A stretch of DNA of 62,860 bases, the filler included, from Welwitschia mirabilis (taxonomy: Eukaryota), in the NCBI GenBank assembly GCA_051453625.1. It is 11 parts of one record of this genome, joined end to end, with 100 filler letters (N's around TTAATTAATTAA, not from the genome) between each part and the next. Parts side by side here need not be neighbours in the genome. Positions count along the whole stretch, not along the records: positions 38,747 to 43,324 come from JBOZIK010000001.1; positions 43,425 to 45,192 come from JBOZIK010000001.1; positions 45,293 to 47,244 come from JBOZIK010000001.1; positions 47,345 to 48,884 come from JBOZIK010000001.1; positions 48,985 to 56,221 come from JBOZIK010000001.1; 6 more parts are not named here. One strand, written 5' to 3'. Under the pieces are notes generated by a model that was not told the origin of the DNA, ran no database searches, and was given only the letters and a program-made list of their open reading frames with translations. A program made the translations under genes and the position numbers. Positions 41,040 to 53,170 of this stretch are shown here, one piece after another. Every line of letters starts with the position of its first letter. Position 1 is the stretch's first letter.

Positions 41040-43004
41040 AGGCTGTAAGAAGCTAAGAGAAGTGTTATTAACCATATAAGTACCTTGAATCTTTTTATTT
41101 ACGTTATTTATTTGAATTAATACTATATTTCTAGTGTAATTTAAAGTGGACTTATTTTTGGAAAATTTTGTTTTTTGTAACTTTAGAGACCCTGTGGTTC
41201 TCTTTGTCATCCTAACGACATAGGATACAACAAATCTAAAATTTTGAATTTAGTTTTACTTTCGCAATTTTTCTTTTATTCACAGTTTACTAATAATGTG
41301 CTGTCATCCTATTGATCATCCCCATGATAGTAGGGATAACAGTCTAGGTTTTTGTAATCTTTTTTCTGTAGTTTTTAAAGTTCTAAAGTTTTTAGAGTTC
41401 ATTTTTTTATATGATAATCATTCCCTCTATTATTCACACAACCAAGTGGATAATGATTCATTGCATTTGATTTCAGTTTTTTACTATTTGTGCATGCACG
41501 AATACAAAGAATTTTGATAGAAAGACGAAAAATCAACTAGTGGGAAACTTGATTAATAGAAATATCATTTGACTTTAAAACAAAAATCTAGGTACATATA
41601 ACACAATTATGCAAATTCCAAGATTTCTTTTTCTATTACAAAATTAGATTTTCTTTTCTCTTTGTAGTCAATTGGCATCAATGATCCTATGTCTTTTGAG
41701 TACTAAGAAATAGCATTTTTAAATGATAAATCATCTAAGAGAGGAAACCTTAATCTTTATTGTGTACCTATCTTCCTTACCATATTGAATATAAGCTTTC
41801 TTATTCTATTCTTCTCCCTTGCTTTAATGAATCATAATAGAAAAACCATTGTGAAACTTCTTTCTGAAAGGAAAAGAAACTTGTAAAATGATGAGGACAT
41901 TGGTAAGAAAACACTTTGATAAATCTTTGTTAAAAGATAGAGACCATCATAAAATCATGTTGAAAATAGGAATTGTACCCCTTCTTGTTTTTAACCTACT
42001 TATTCTTTTCCCTCTTATTTTCAAACCTCATATAGACATAATGATAAAGATTTACCATATTTTAGGGATTTCATCTTATTTAGATAAACTTCTTACAATC
42101 ATCTTCTTCAATCCAATTATCTTCCATGCATTATTACCAAGAAGAACCATGTTGTATTAACTACTATAAAGAAGAAAAAGATCCATTAAGAGAAATGATT
42201 GGTAAAATGATGAAAAAGCAAGAAAACACAAATAAGAACTTAGAGAAATTAGTTAAAAACTTGCAATAATTTCTTTTACATATTCAAGGATCTTTTACAA
42301 CAGAACATCCTCACAACTATTATATTTCATCCTACCTTGAGGAAAATGAAGAAAACTTAGAAATCACTAATGATGATAATTATTGCTTTCAACTTGAAGA
42401 TGGATTTATAAATAAAAATTCAACATCATACTCATTAGAAGATAAGCAAAAATGAGACAATAATAACATAAATCAACATTTCAACAATTGGGATAAAGAT
42501 GACCAATTATTAGAGGATGATATTGAGATATTAGATTATATCCTTGCCATTTATTTACTATTAGATACTCAAGATGAGAAATCGAATCATGAGAAAACTA
42601 AAAAACATTTAATTCATGATGAAGCTGATGCTCTTATTTCTCTTGATAATCTTTTTGATGAGTTCAATCATTTAGAGAATGAAAGTAATCTTCAACAAGA
42701 GAAGGAAGCTATAGTTATAACCAATGATGAGGAAAGCATAGAAATAATCTAAGCACATAATGACATGGATACTAGTGAGGAATTTGAAATCAATGAAGGA
42801 CCCATAGAGATTCATTCAAACTTTATCGAGAATAAACTTGTTCATTCTACCCATATTTCTATATTCTCCCCATCTATGCCTTAATGTACAATTTTAAATC
42901 ACATCTTTCCCTATACTCCTCCTTCCACTTCTACTTGCACCTTCACATTACCGCATACCGTTGATTATAACATCCTTTCTCTATCTCTTCCAATTACACC
43001 TTTA

Positions 43005-43858
43005 TATAATTCTCAAGATCATGTTCCTTTCTTTAACTCTCATAACATCCATTACTTTGAAGAGTTTATTTCTCTTCTTTCTCAATCTCTTTTGTTTAAA
43101 CATTCATGTAATCCTCAAAATAACATTCATGCTTTTTCTAGCAAGTTCAACATACCTAATAACTTTAATAATTATTCTTATCAAAAGTTTACCTTCATAT
43201 AATTCTCAAGGCCATGTTTTGTGGTGTGTATTTGTGCAATAGTTCATATTTCAATTTCAATCCTGTTAATTATAAATAAGATGAAAAATACAACATGCTA
43301 GTATAGACGGAGTGATCCGAATGTNNNNNNNNNNNNNNNNNNNNNNNNNNNNNNNNNNNNNNNNNNNNTTAATTAATTAANNNNNNNNNNNNNNNNNNNN
43401 NNNNNNNNNNNNNNNNNNNNNNNNTGACAGTCTTCTACTCATCCTTTGTCAGTGTGATATCTAGTTGTTTGCTAGAATAATCATCTAAAAATATAATTTA
43501 TCCATATTTACAGGAAATCTTTATGAATTATCTGATAAACTGCATGTTTTCGTCTTAGATTCCTAAATTCTTGGATTCGTAGATTCTTAATTGTCATAGA
43601 AACTAGGCATTTATCTGTTAGTTTATCTGCAAAACAACTCAAAATACTTTATCAAATACACTTAAGTTGGCATTGCAACACCATGTTCCTTTCCTTGACT
43701 CTTATAACATCCATCACTTCGAAGAGTTTATGTCTCTTGTCTTTAATCTCTTTTTTTTAAACATTTATGTGATCCTCCAAATAACATTCATGCTTTTTCT
43801 ACCAAGTCCCCTATACTTGGTGCTTTTAATAATTATTCTTTTTAAAAGCTTAACTTAG
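43005..43858 (+). repeat. ~193-bp tandem duplication whose second unit is split by an LTR insertion
   Basis: tataattctcaag at 43005 and 43198; unit 2 resumes at 43686 (ttcctttccttgactcttataacatcc). Confidence 0.85.
43217..43680 (-). mobile_element. LTR insertion with a perfect 5-bp TSD
   Basis: CCATG at 43212-43216 and 43681-43685; termini ttttgtggtgtg and ggcattgcaaca. Confidence 0.88.
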
Positions 43859-45292
43859 AATATCTTAAAATTTTACATTTGGGAAAGCCTTATCTTCTTG
43901 ATGATAATCCATTCTTTTAATTAAATGTTAAGGATCTTTTTCATCTTATAAAACATTCTTAAAAGCCTTTAAATATTTCTTAGATCCATTCTATTAGTAG
44001 TACCTTAAATGAATTATATAATGATACTAATGCTTTACACTATTTTTATAAGAGATTATTTGTCAATGAAATCTATCACTTCTTTACTCTTATTTCAATT
44101 TTAAAAATTGTACTATCAAAGTTTTATCATTTTATTTTCCTTATCTCCAATTGATTTTACTCTGAAATAATTGCATACCCTTTATGTTTTATCAATTGGT
44201 TTCTTTTTGGTTTGACCAATATTTTTCCAAGAAATATAATACTTGAGTGCACTTTTAATACAACTAATTGAATTTCTTAATGGTTAGGTTCTTATCTTTT
44301 AGAAAAAGTAAATGTTAAATGGTTATGTTGAAACTTCCAATTTAAACATATGGAGAATTTAGAAGTTAATGGATAAAAGGTTAAAGAATCATTGAAATAT
44401 CTATTGATTAACCTTAAACATAATAGAAGCACTTGTGTTAGAATTTTTTCTTTGCCATTATCTAAATTCTTCTTTAGCCGATTTATTTGATAAACATCAT
44501 GCTATCATTTAAACATATTTAACTTGACTAATGTTTTATTTTTTGAAGTTATCATGATTAGTAAATATGTTACTTGAGAATTTTAAATAATAAGATTAGC
44601 TTCACCTAGTATTCAGACATTCATATATCTATGAACTTCATTTTTAAGGAAGATGTTTTGATTCTTTTATTTTCTTTTAATGGTATGAGTAATCAGTTAT
44701 TTTAGCATGTTCCTCCTTATTATTTATCTCCTTACTTCACTTTTATCCTTATGAGTATTTGGTCATGTGGAATTTATCTATCAAAAGAAAAAGAAAAGAA
44801 AAAAAAGAAAGAAAGAAAGAAANNNNNNNNNNNNNNNNNNNNNNNNNNNNNNNNNNNNNNNNNNNNNNNNNNNNNNNNNNNNNNNNNNNNNNNNNNNNNN
44901 NNNNNNNNNNNNNNNNNNNNNNTATTATTTATCTCCTTACTTCACTTTTATCCTTATGAGTATTTGGTTATGTGGAATTTATCTATCAAAAGAAAAAGAA
45001 AATAAAAAAAAAGAAACAAAGAAAGAAAGAAAAAAAATAATTTAGGCCATGCCCTTTCATGTTATATCTTAAAACATGACCCTCATGATGTCCTACCACA
45101 AGCGCACTATGGTAAATATTCCCAAGAGGGGCCTTGGGTAGTGCGATATGGTAGCTGTGAAAACTCCATTGGGGGGTTAGTTGGCCATGCTGNNNNNNNN
45201 NNNNNNNNNNNNNNNNNNNNNNNNNNNNNNNNNNNNTTAATTAATTAANNNNNNNNNNNNNNNNNNNNNNNNNNNNNNNNNNNNNNNNNNNN

Positions 45293-46345
45293 AGTATCAA
45301 TTGATGCATTTATTTCATCTTGATTGATGCGATCTTTTTATTTTATGCTAATATTTTTGCTATGTGGTTTGTAGTTTTGCATTTATCCACTTATAGATTT
45401 TGAGTACTCATGGATTCTAAAATACATTGGAGGAATACTTATGAGCTTTTCTTTCTGTAATTAATGCATGATTATGATCTCATTAGTTTCTTTCTTTATA
45501 ATTATATTTCTCAAGATAAATTCTTTACATTTATCTTCCTTCTATTTTTCTATCGCTTTTCCAATACTTACTTGCTATCAGATTTTTTCAGAATTTTTTC
45601 TAATTGGTCTAAATGACTTATTTTAAAAATTATCATCTTATGTCTGTCATCCCCATGACATAGGGAAGGACAATCACCCTTTTTCCTTTGTGCAATCTAG
45701 TATGTCTTGTTTTTCTTATGAGAATAGGAGCTGAGGGTAAGAGGAGAGGGCAGGATAGCTCTTCGAGCTTTCTCTTGAGATTTTTAGAAAATTTATCATT
45801 TTTCAATTTTAAAGGATCATTTCAAGCTTTTATGATATACATCTATAATGAGTTGTTTGATATGATTTTATGTTATTCAAATACGTTTCATGGAATTTAT
45901 TTAGTAGAGGAAAGTAGCACACTCACTGATTTTCCAACAAGCCATGTTTCAGATCATTTAAAGGAAAAAACGAATGACATGATTACTTCTATACTTTACC
46001 CTTGTAAAAAAAATATTAATGATCTTGTCATGCATTATTCTTTGAGATTATTACTACTTAAGCTTACACATCAATTTCAACATTATGTATACACATTATC
46101 ATTTCTCTGAACTATCACTCTAACTTATTATGTGTGTGATATTTATTTGGACTATTGTGATGAGTTTAAGTAGGAGGCTTATAATTATAGCAGTAATTGT
46201 ATTAATGAATTATTATCATATATTCCTGCATGATAAATAAAACTCAAATTTTATTTTTTTATTTGATGATTATCTTAGTCAAATTTACTCATAATCTAGT
46301 AGATTACCTATTTTTCAGGGACTAATAAGGCTAAGTAGGGGGCTA
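45293..46345 (+). mobile_element. Athila-like 3' internal region with a 140-codon ORF and two PPTs
   Basis: ORF 45688-46110; taagtaggaggctt ~46167 and taagtagggggcta 46332-46345. Confidence 0.75.
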
Positions 46346-47244
46346 TCTTCTAATGTCAATTTATTAAAATTGATGATGCATTTGGAGTACTTTTATAGGA
46401 CAATTATACATGTTTAGATGCAATTCCATTAATTATTGAGAGATGATAAGTTCATCAAGGAAATATGTAATTCTTGATATAATTGGAGGTATTTTAGGAA
46501 TATTTTGATACTTAGCATATTAAAGGAGGACTAAGGATAAAAAAGACTAATTTAATCCACTTGAGAAGCTTAGGAGAGGTGTCATCCCCGCTATCATCCT
46601 CATAATAGAGGGGATGACAGAACCGCTAAACAACATGGGTAACACAAGGACAACACATTGATAGCACATGCACATGAAGTTTTAATGGCATTATTCCCAC
46701 TTTCATTCCCACAATAGGTAGAATGACAACCTTAATCACATGAACAAAGATTACAGGGCCTACAATAGCACATGAAGTAGATGGTGATAAGGCATCTTCC
46801 CCTCAGTTGTCCAGATGATATGCAGGATGACAGCATTAGTAATATGCATGCACAACCCATGGAGATGACAATATAACATGGGCACACAACCCAATGGGAT
46901 AAGGTGGAGTCATCCTAGTTATTGTTCCTAATTAGGTGGGATGTCATTTACATTTACATGTTTTCAAATAAATATTTTTGTAAATGAGATCAAGTGACTC
47001 ATATGACCTACTAGGATTTCCCTCGCTAACATCTAGGTTTACTGTTCACTATAAAATTATAAATACCCTTCTCTCCTTTACTTTCAAACCATCGTTTGTA
47101 CTTGATATGCTTATGACAGAAGCTTGAAGGTAGGAGGTCCATCCAGTAGCTACAGAAATGGGTTTTCTTGGTGTTAGGCTATGTCTCTTCCATTGAGTTA
47201 CTGCTATTTTATTGTAAGTGGATGTTAAGTTATTTCTATTAATA
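46346..47244 (+). mobile_element. Athila-like 3' LTR, 3' part lost in a gap
   Basis: Begins right after the PPT; U3 palindrome array; TATA ~47058. Confidence 0.85.
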
Positions 47245-47344
47245 NNNNNNNNNNNNNNNNNNNNNNNNNNNNNNNNNNNNNNNNNNNNTTAATTAATTAA
47301 NNNNNNNNNNNNNNNNNNNNNNNNNNNNNNNNNNNNNNNNNNNN

Positions 47345-48844
47345 AGAATTTAATCTTACCATAATTGATAAAGCTAAAAAAAATAACAGTGTTGCTGATC
47401 ATCTTTCTCAACTTTCTTGCTTCCATGATGAAACTCCATTAACAACTCCTTTCTTGATGAGAAACTCTTTATAATTAAACACTTGTATGCTATCTTATCT
47501 TTTTACCCTGCTCCTTGGTATGCTAACATCATAAATTACCTTATGATTATGAAAACTACTCAACATTAGAACCATAATCAATGCAAAACTTTTCTCCATA
47601 GGATTACTGACTATGAATGGAATCAGCCCCTTCTTTATAGATGTTGCAAAGATCACATTATGCATAAATATGTGGTTGAATGGAAAACACTCAAAATCTT
47701 AAAAATTTATCATGGTGGAGTATGTAAAGGATATTTAAGCAGCCAAAATATTATCATGAAAATTCTTCACTTTAGTTTTTATTGGCATATTATTTTCAAA
47801 GATTTATTTAACTTCTCTAGGAAGTATAATTCTTGTCAATGCTATAGTAGCCTAACTCATTTTCAAGTTATGCCCTTCAAACCCATACTTTAATGTAAAT
47901 ATTTTGATTATTAGGGAATCAGCTTTATAGGCCCAATTACCCCACCTTCTAATGAGAAAAATTATATCCTAGTAGCTGTGAATTATGTTACTAAATGGGT
48001 TGAAGATGCTTAAACCACCAAAAATGATGCCCAAAACATTTGGAACTTGTTTAAACTCATATTTTTCAATGATTTGATTTTCCACGAATTATCATTAATA
48101 ATCAAAGAACTCACTTTGTTAATCACCTCTTGCAAAAACTTTTTTTATCCATTGGTGTTAAACATAGAGCTACTTGTATTTATCATTCTTAAACCAATGG
48201 TCAAGTTGAAAATGCAAATATAGAAATTAAGAAAATGCTTTAAAAATTAGTCTCTTTCAATAAGAACACTTGGTCCTCTAAACTTAATGATGTTCTTTGG
48301 GCTTGTCATACTACTTGGCATAACTCTCTAGGTTTCTCACCCTATGAACGAGTGTACAGTAAAGTATGTGTATTACCAGTTAATGTTTGCTATAATTCTT
48401 ATCGATTCATCCATCAACCTAAACTTGTTAACTTAAATGAAAATCTTAAAAGCTATCTAGTCCAACTCGACCATTTAGATGAGAAATGTACTTTTGCCTT
48501 ACATCATTAACTTATTCATGAAATTCAAGCCAAGTTTAGACATGATAAAAAAATTTATTCATAAATAGTTTAAACCTGGCCAACTTGTCCTGTTGTATAA
48601 CACCTGAGTACATCTTTTATACAACAAGTTACCTTATAAATGGTTAGGTCTTCATCTTATCGAAAAAGTACACTCAAATAACTCAGTTAAAATCTCTGAT
48701 CTAAATACTAGAGAAATCCAAAAAATTAATGGACAAAGATTAAAACTTTTTGAGTCATCTCCTGATGAAACCTTGAATATGATAGAAGCACTTATTTTAG
48801 AAGCCCCTCTTCAAGAGGAGAACCTTCCTTTTGCTATTATCTAA
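47345..48844 (+). pseudogene. Athila-like RNaseH end and integrase remnant
   Basis: NSVADHLS, PWYANIINYL, YHGGVCKGYL..FYWHIIFKD..CQ, YILVAVNYVTKWVED, TNGQVENANIEIKKML, KINGQRLK. Confidence 0.92.
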
Positions 48845-48984
48845 ATTCTTTCTTAACTCATTCCTTCAGTCAACATTATATTATNNNNNNNNNNNNNNNN
48901 NNNNNNNNNNNNNNNNNNNNNNNNNNNNTTAATTAATTAANNNNNNNNNNNNNNNNNNNNNNNNNNNNNNNNNNNNNNNNNNNN

Positions 48985-50353
48985 TTTAAATTGTTTAAAT
49001 CTTTGAAATCACTAAATTATTTACCATCAATGTTAAAGGGGGAGATTGTTAGATTATATTTACCAATTGATATCAAACTAATTCCTCTGGTGTAGTGCAA
49101 ATTTGTTAAATATTCTATACAGATGAGTTTGAGTTATGAAGGTAAAAGATGTGGACCAAAATACATGAAAGAAACTACTTAGTTATGTTTACCTCTAGTG
49201 GGGGTCAACTAAATCTTAGAGGGGTTGACCACATCTTAAGTAAATATAACAAAAATGAATTGAAGATAGAGGGCTCGACCAAATTATGAAGGAGTCGATT
49301 GGACCTGTGAACTCAAGAACCAATTATCCCAGACTAAGAGAAATGTGGTCAACTGGATATTCATGTAGTCGACCAGATATGAAGAGCTGACAGTTAAGTC
49401 CTAGACCAAAAGAAAAAGGGTCAACTAGATTTTTATGGGTTCAATCAAACCTGAGAAGGTAATAATTCCATAGTTCTTGACTGAGAGATGAGGGATCGAC
49501 TAAACCCAGGGTGGAATCGACCAAGTTCTTATGGAATCAACCAAATATTTGTGGGGTCAACTGACTTATATGGAAAAGTAGATCTTATAGATGTTATGTA
49601 TTTATTATCTAGCTATTTTCTAGTCATTTATAGCCATTAGAGATGTAATTTAATCATATCAAACCCTAGTAATCCTCCATTTTAAATACCTAGGCAAGAG
49701 ATGACCTAGAGATTTTTTTGGCACAATTTTAAAACCGGCATATTCATTATGGATATGAAAGATAAAGTAGCATATTTCATTGGAAAATCTTTTATACTAA
49801 TTTATATTTGACTAAGGAGATCTATTCTTAGATTAGGATGTCACTCAGAATTAGATTTAAGGACTTTATCACTTTATTCATTTGGAGAAGAGTTTCATTC
49901 TATGTACTGATATCAGAGCAACAAAGGCTTCATTACATCACTTCTATTTATCTTTAAATGTTGAGACTTAACCTGTAAAAGTCTGTTGTCAAAGTTTGAG
50001 ACTTAGCCTACAAAAGTTTATTATTAAGGATGAGACTAAGCCTATACAAGTCTACTTATAGGGGTTAACAGGTAAGCCTGGCAAAACCTATGAAGTAATA
50101 AAGATCTGAGATCAAGCTTGGGAGAAGCTGATCATTGAGAGTGGAGTAGGGGAGTTCCCAAACCACTATAAATCCTGCGTGCATCCAAACTAGTAGTTTT
50201 TGTTTTATGCTTTACACTTTGTTTTTCATTTCTTGTATGCATGATCTTGATTTTATTATTTAGTTATATGTAATCTATGATTAGTTTTCATTAAGTTGTT
50301 TTGAGCTTAAATTTTATGAAAAGAACCTATTCATCCCCCCTCTAGGGTTCTCA
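48985..50353 (+). mobile_element. Sirevirus-like (SIRE, Ty1/Copia) PPT and 3' LTR (49047 to ~50353-50362)
   Basis: PPT aaagggggagat then TG at 49047; about 11 decayed GGTCGACC-like motifs 49200-49562; C-rich terminal signal cctattcatcccccctctagg before CA. Confidence 0.8.
49961..50054 (+). repeat. Three degenerate ~35-bp repeats within the SIRE-like LTR
   Basis: tgagact(t/a)a(a/g)cct..aag units at 49962, 49998 and 50031. Confidence 0.75.
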
Positions 50354-50362
50354 ATCCTATCA

Positions 50363-51590
50363 TAAATTACATCATTTTTTTCATCTTTATTTATGAAAGC
50401 TCTATCTCAAAAATGGAAAATAATATTCCAAGCCTTGATGTGTTACTAGTTTAGAAAAAAAGAGCTATCCATGGAGTAAGTCATATAGATTTNNNNNNNN
50501 NNNNNNNNNNNNNNNNNNNNNNNNNNNNNNNNNNNNNNNNNNNNNNNNNNNNNNNNNNNNAGGAAAACTGAAGTTGGAAGGTGTAGGATTTGATTGGAAA
50601 ATCCTTGGGTTAGATGTTCAGGAAGTCAATTATGTATAACTGCAATGGATTCCAAGAACATGCTTGTGGTTATGGTAATATTAAGCTTATGCTTCTTTAG
50701 CCCATTTTGTTGAGCTAAATAAGGGCCATTGCACATCTCAAGGGATGCAAATAATATCCTTCCAAAAAGGTAGGAGAAACATGAGAAGAATTACATGTCT
50801 ATTTTAAGCAATTAGACTTGTCATGTGATCATTGTTCCAAAGAAACAATGCCCTCTCTGGAAATGCAAATAGGTCAAGCATCATACAATTTGCTCAAACA
50901 AAGAGGAATTAATTCTCCCATAAAAAAAGTATGATTTTTCTTTAAGGATTGTTTCAAGATCAGTTTCATTGAGGCAGATGACCATATATTGAACATATTT
51001 GATGATAAAATCAGTAGGTTTGCTGAAGAGAAGTTTCATAGGGATGGAATAGAGGTATTAATAGGACCTTTAAATCTTAAAAGTTACTGATGGTAACATT
51101 CTAATGATCAAGTAAAGGAGTTTAAAGAAACTAGTGAAGTGCCTTAAAATCACAAACCAGTAGAGGTAATTCATAGATCAAAGAAAATTGATATTGACAA
51201 TGTTAAAATGAGAACTAAATACATATAATCATCATACTCCTCAAATAAGATGTACCCAGTTAGATTTAAATGTCTTATCAAGAAAATACTTCATGATTCA
51301 ATAAAATAAATGACAAGCCCTTGTTGTTAAGTTTGCAACAATAAGTGAATGAAGGATAGAAATTTTATTATCCTAGAAAAGGATTCTTTTATAGCTATAC
51401 CACAAATTTCAAAATGTTATAGATTAAATCAATCAAGATGAATTATATTGTAATTTTCAAAATTACTGACATTCCCAAAAGTTGAATGTTCTCCAGTGTT
51501 GCACATAGGCTTTGGATAACACCCACAAGTGGGATTCCAATAATTAGAGAAAGCAAAACATTAGTATAGAGAGATCTACATACACCTTAA
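50363..51590 (-). pseudogene. Eroded L1-type LINE ORF2 C-terminal region (post-RT, zf-RVT-like, RNaseH-like)
   Basis: Minus-strand order: SNYWNP..YPKPMCN..TFW (~51540), SNWVHLI*G (~51260), PERALFLW..H (~50850), MDSSFF*TSNTSRLGILFS (~50460); resembles plant L1 motifs PxYW..PK..FLW, SxWxxxIxxKY, PxRxxxFLW and DGSF..GxGII. Confidence 0.6.
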
Positions 51591-51794
51591 ACTCCTTTCT
51601 TTACCTTTGCCCTGATTTTGGTATGATGCCAGTGGTTTCTAAACCCAATGTTTTACATTAAAACTACAACGGTTATAGTGGTACCATTGTTCTATTAATT
51701 ACTTTTAAGTCTTTTATTTTAATGTCATCTTACTTTGTTGTCCCCTTCCTTAGGCTAAACTAAGAAATATTAAAAAAAGAAACTGCCAAAAAAA

Positions 51795-53170
51795 CTAATT
51801 GCAAATCTTTTTTTTTTTTTTTTTTGGAGAAAACTCAACATTTTCTTCCTCATCTTGTAAAATTTCTCTTCCAACATTACACCATCCAAAATAAAAGAAT
51901 GAAGATTCTAAATGGAAATGCATCCTTGTAAATGATGATCTACTGGAAAATGGGCATGGAAAAAATCTTTTAACCATAACATAATCATGTGAATCTATCA
52001 CTTCTCTTAATCTGATAGCTTCTGAATCTAATAACATAATGCAGCTTAGTAAAGGAAATCTATGAAAGATGCATAATAGAAATTCAATGGGGTCTTTCAT
52101 AAAGTAATCTGATTCACTGTAACATTCCTCCATTTCCCTAGTTAACAAAGCTATTATCTCTTGGGCTACTGGAACATTNNNNNNNNNNNNNNNNNNNNNN
52201 NNNNNNNNNNNNNNNNNNNNNNNNNNNNNNNNNNNNNNNNNNNNNNNNTTCCTGGATTAAGAAGTATTAGAATCCATTTCTACTAATGTATATTAAATAG
52301 ACATTAACATTGGTCTAGCATGTCTCGTCAATTTGCACTGATCCTGCCAATGACATGTACATCACTATCTTCATGGACTTCGCCTTCACACATGACTTCA
52401 TCATGTTGAGCACTCCTTCAAACTATGGGTTTTATCACCTCCTCCTCAAGATAAGCAGATTCAAAATTTAAGTAAGCGGTGTAGTGGAGAATGCCATGAC
52501 AATCGTCGAAAAAAAAAAAAAAACCACATCGAATCTTCCTTCATAATTTAGATCTACTTTCCAAAGCATCCATTCCATGTCATATACTTCATTCAAAACA
52601 AACTTCATAATCTCCTGCTCACAGAAAAGCCAAAGATCCTTAACCTTAAAAGGAGGCTTTTTACTAATAATAAGAACCTTACTAAAGGCATACTTCCTAA
52701 AAAGATCCAAACACTATAAGAAACTAGTCACTTTATTTAGGATCACAAAAGAGATAGTATTCTCATAATCGTAGTTGTATTTGCAAAACCACAATGAGTA
52801 GCCTTCCTGATCATATATGTCCCAGAATCCTTTGATAACAATTTCTCTAGAATTATCCTTTTTATTTGAGTAAATTCTCTTCCATTTATCAAGTATCATT
52901 TTGCTAGGAGATAGCAAGTCAAGAGGATTTTTAGCCTTTGGCTTTAGAACCTTCTCTTCCTATGTTGGAGTTTCCTTGTTTGTCTCATCTTTATGCTTTC
53001 TCTTTTAGTTTCTTATCCTTTACCTATGTAGAAGCTTTTCAATTAGTTTGTATAACCTGAGGAATAGAATTGCATGGAGGCAAAAGCAGGATTTCAATCC
53101 TCTCCAGGCCTAATGAATGTCAGTCTCTACTTCATTTCAGTTTTAGGTTGAAGTTGCAATTGGGGACATA
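51795..53170 (-). pseudogene. Disrupted reading frame of unknown family upstream of, and antisense to, a Tat-like gag
   Basis: ORFs 52714-52917 and 52468-52710 share one frame with a single TAG between; the frame continues after a shift in the A14 run (~52510) and probably into ORF 51795-52148 across a small gap. Confidence 0.55.

Larger units (their letters stand above)
41040..45192 (+). mobile_element. Internal region of a pol-less Athila-like derivative (leader, gag remnant, acidic domain, INT tail, 3' NCR)
   Basis: gag-like KKQENTNKNLEKLVKNLQ..QGSF (~42215); D/E-rich frame 42340-42830; no PR/RT/RH motifs; WLGSYLLEKV..VNG INT tail at 44280-44460. Confidence 0.75.

Noticed and set aside
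39413..41421. Identical ~59-bp block at 39413-39471 and 41363-41421 in otherwise diverged leaders (possible gene conversion)
   Set aside because: One copy ends exactly at a gap edge, so gap-filling misassembly is more likely
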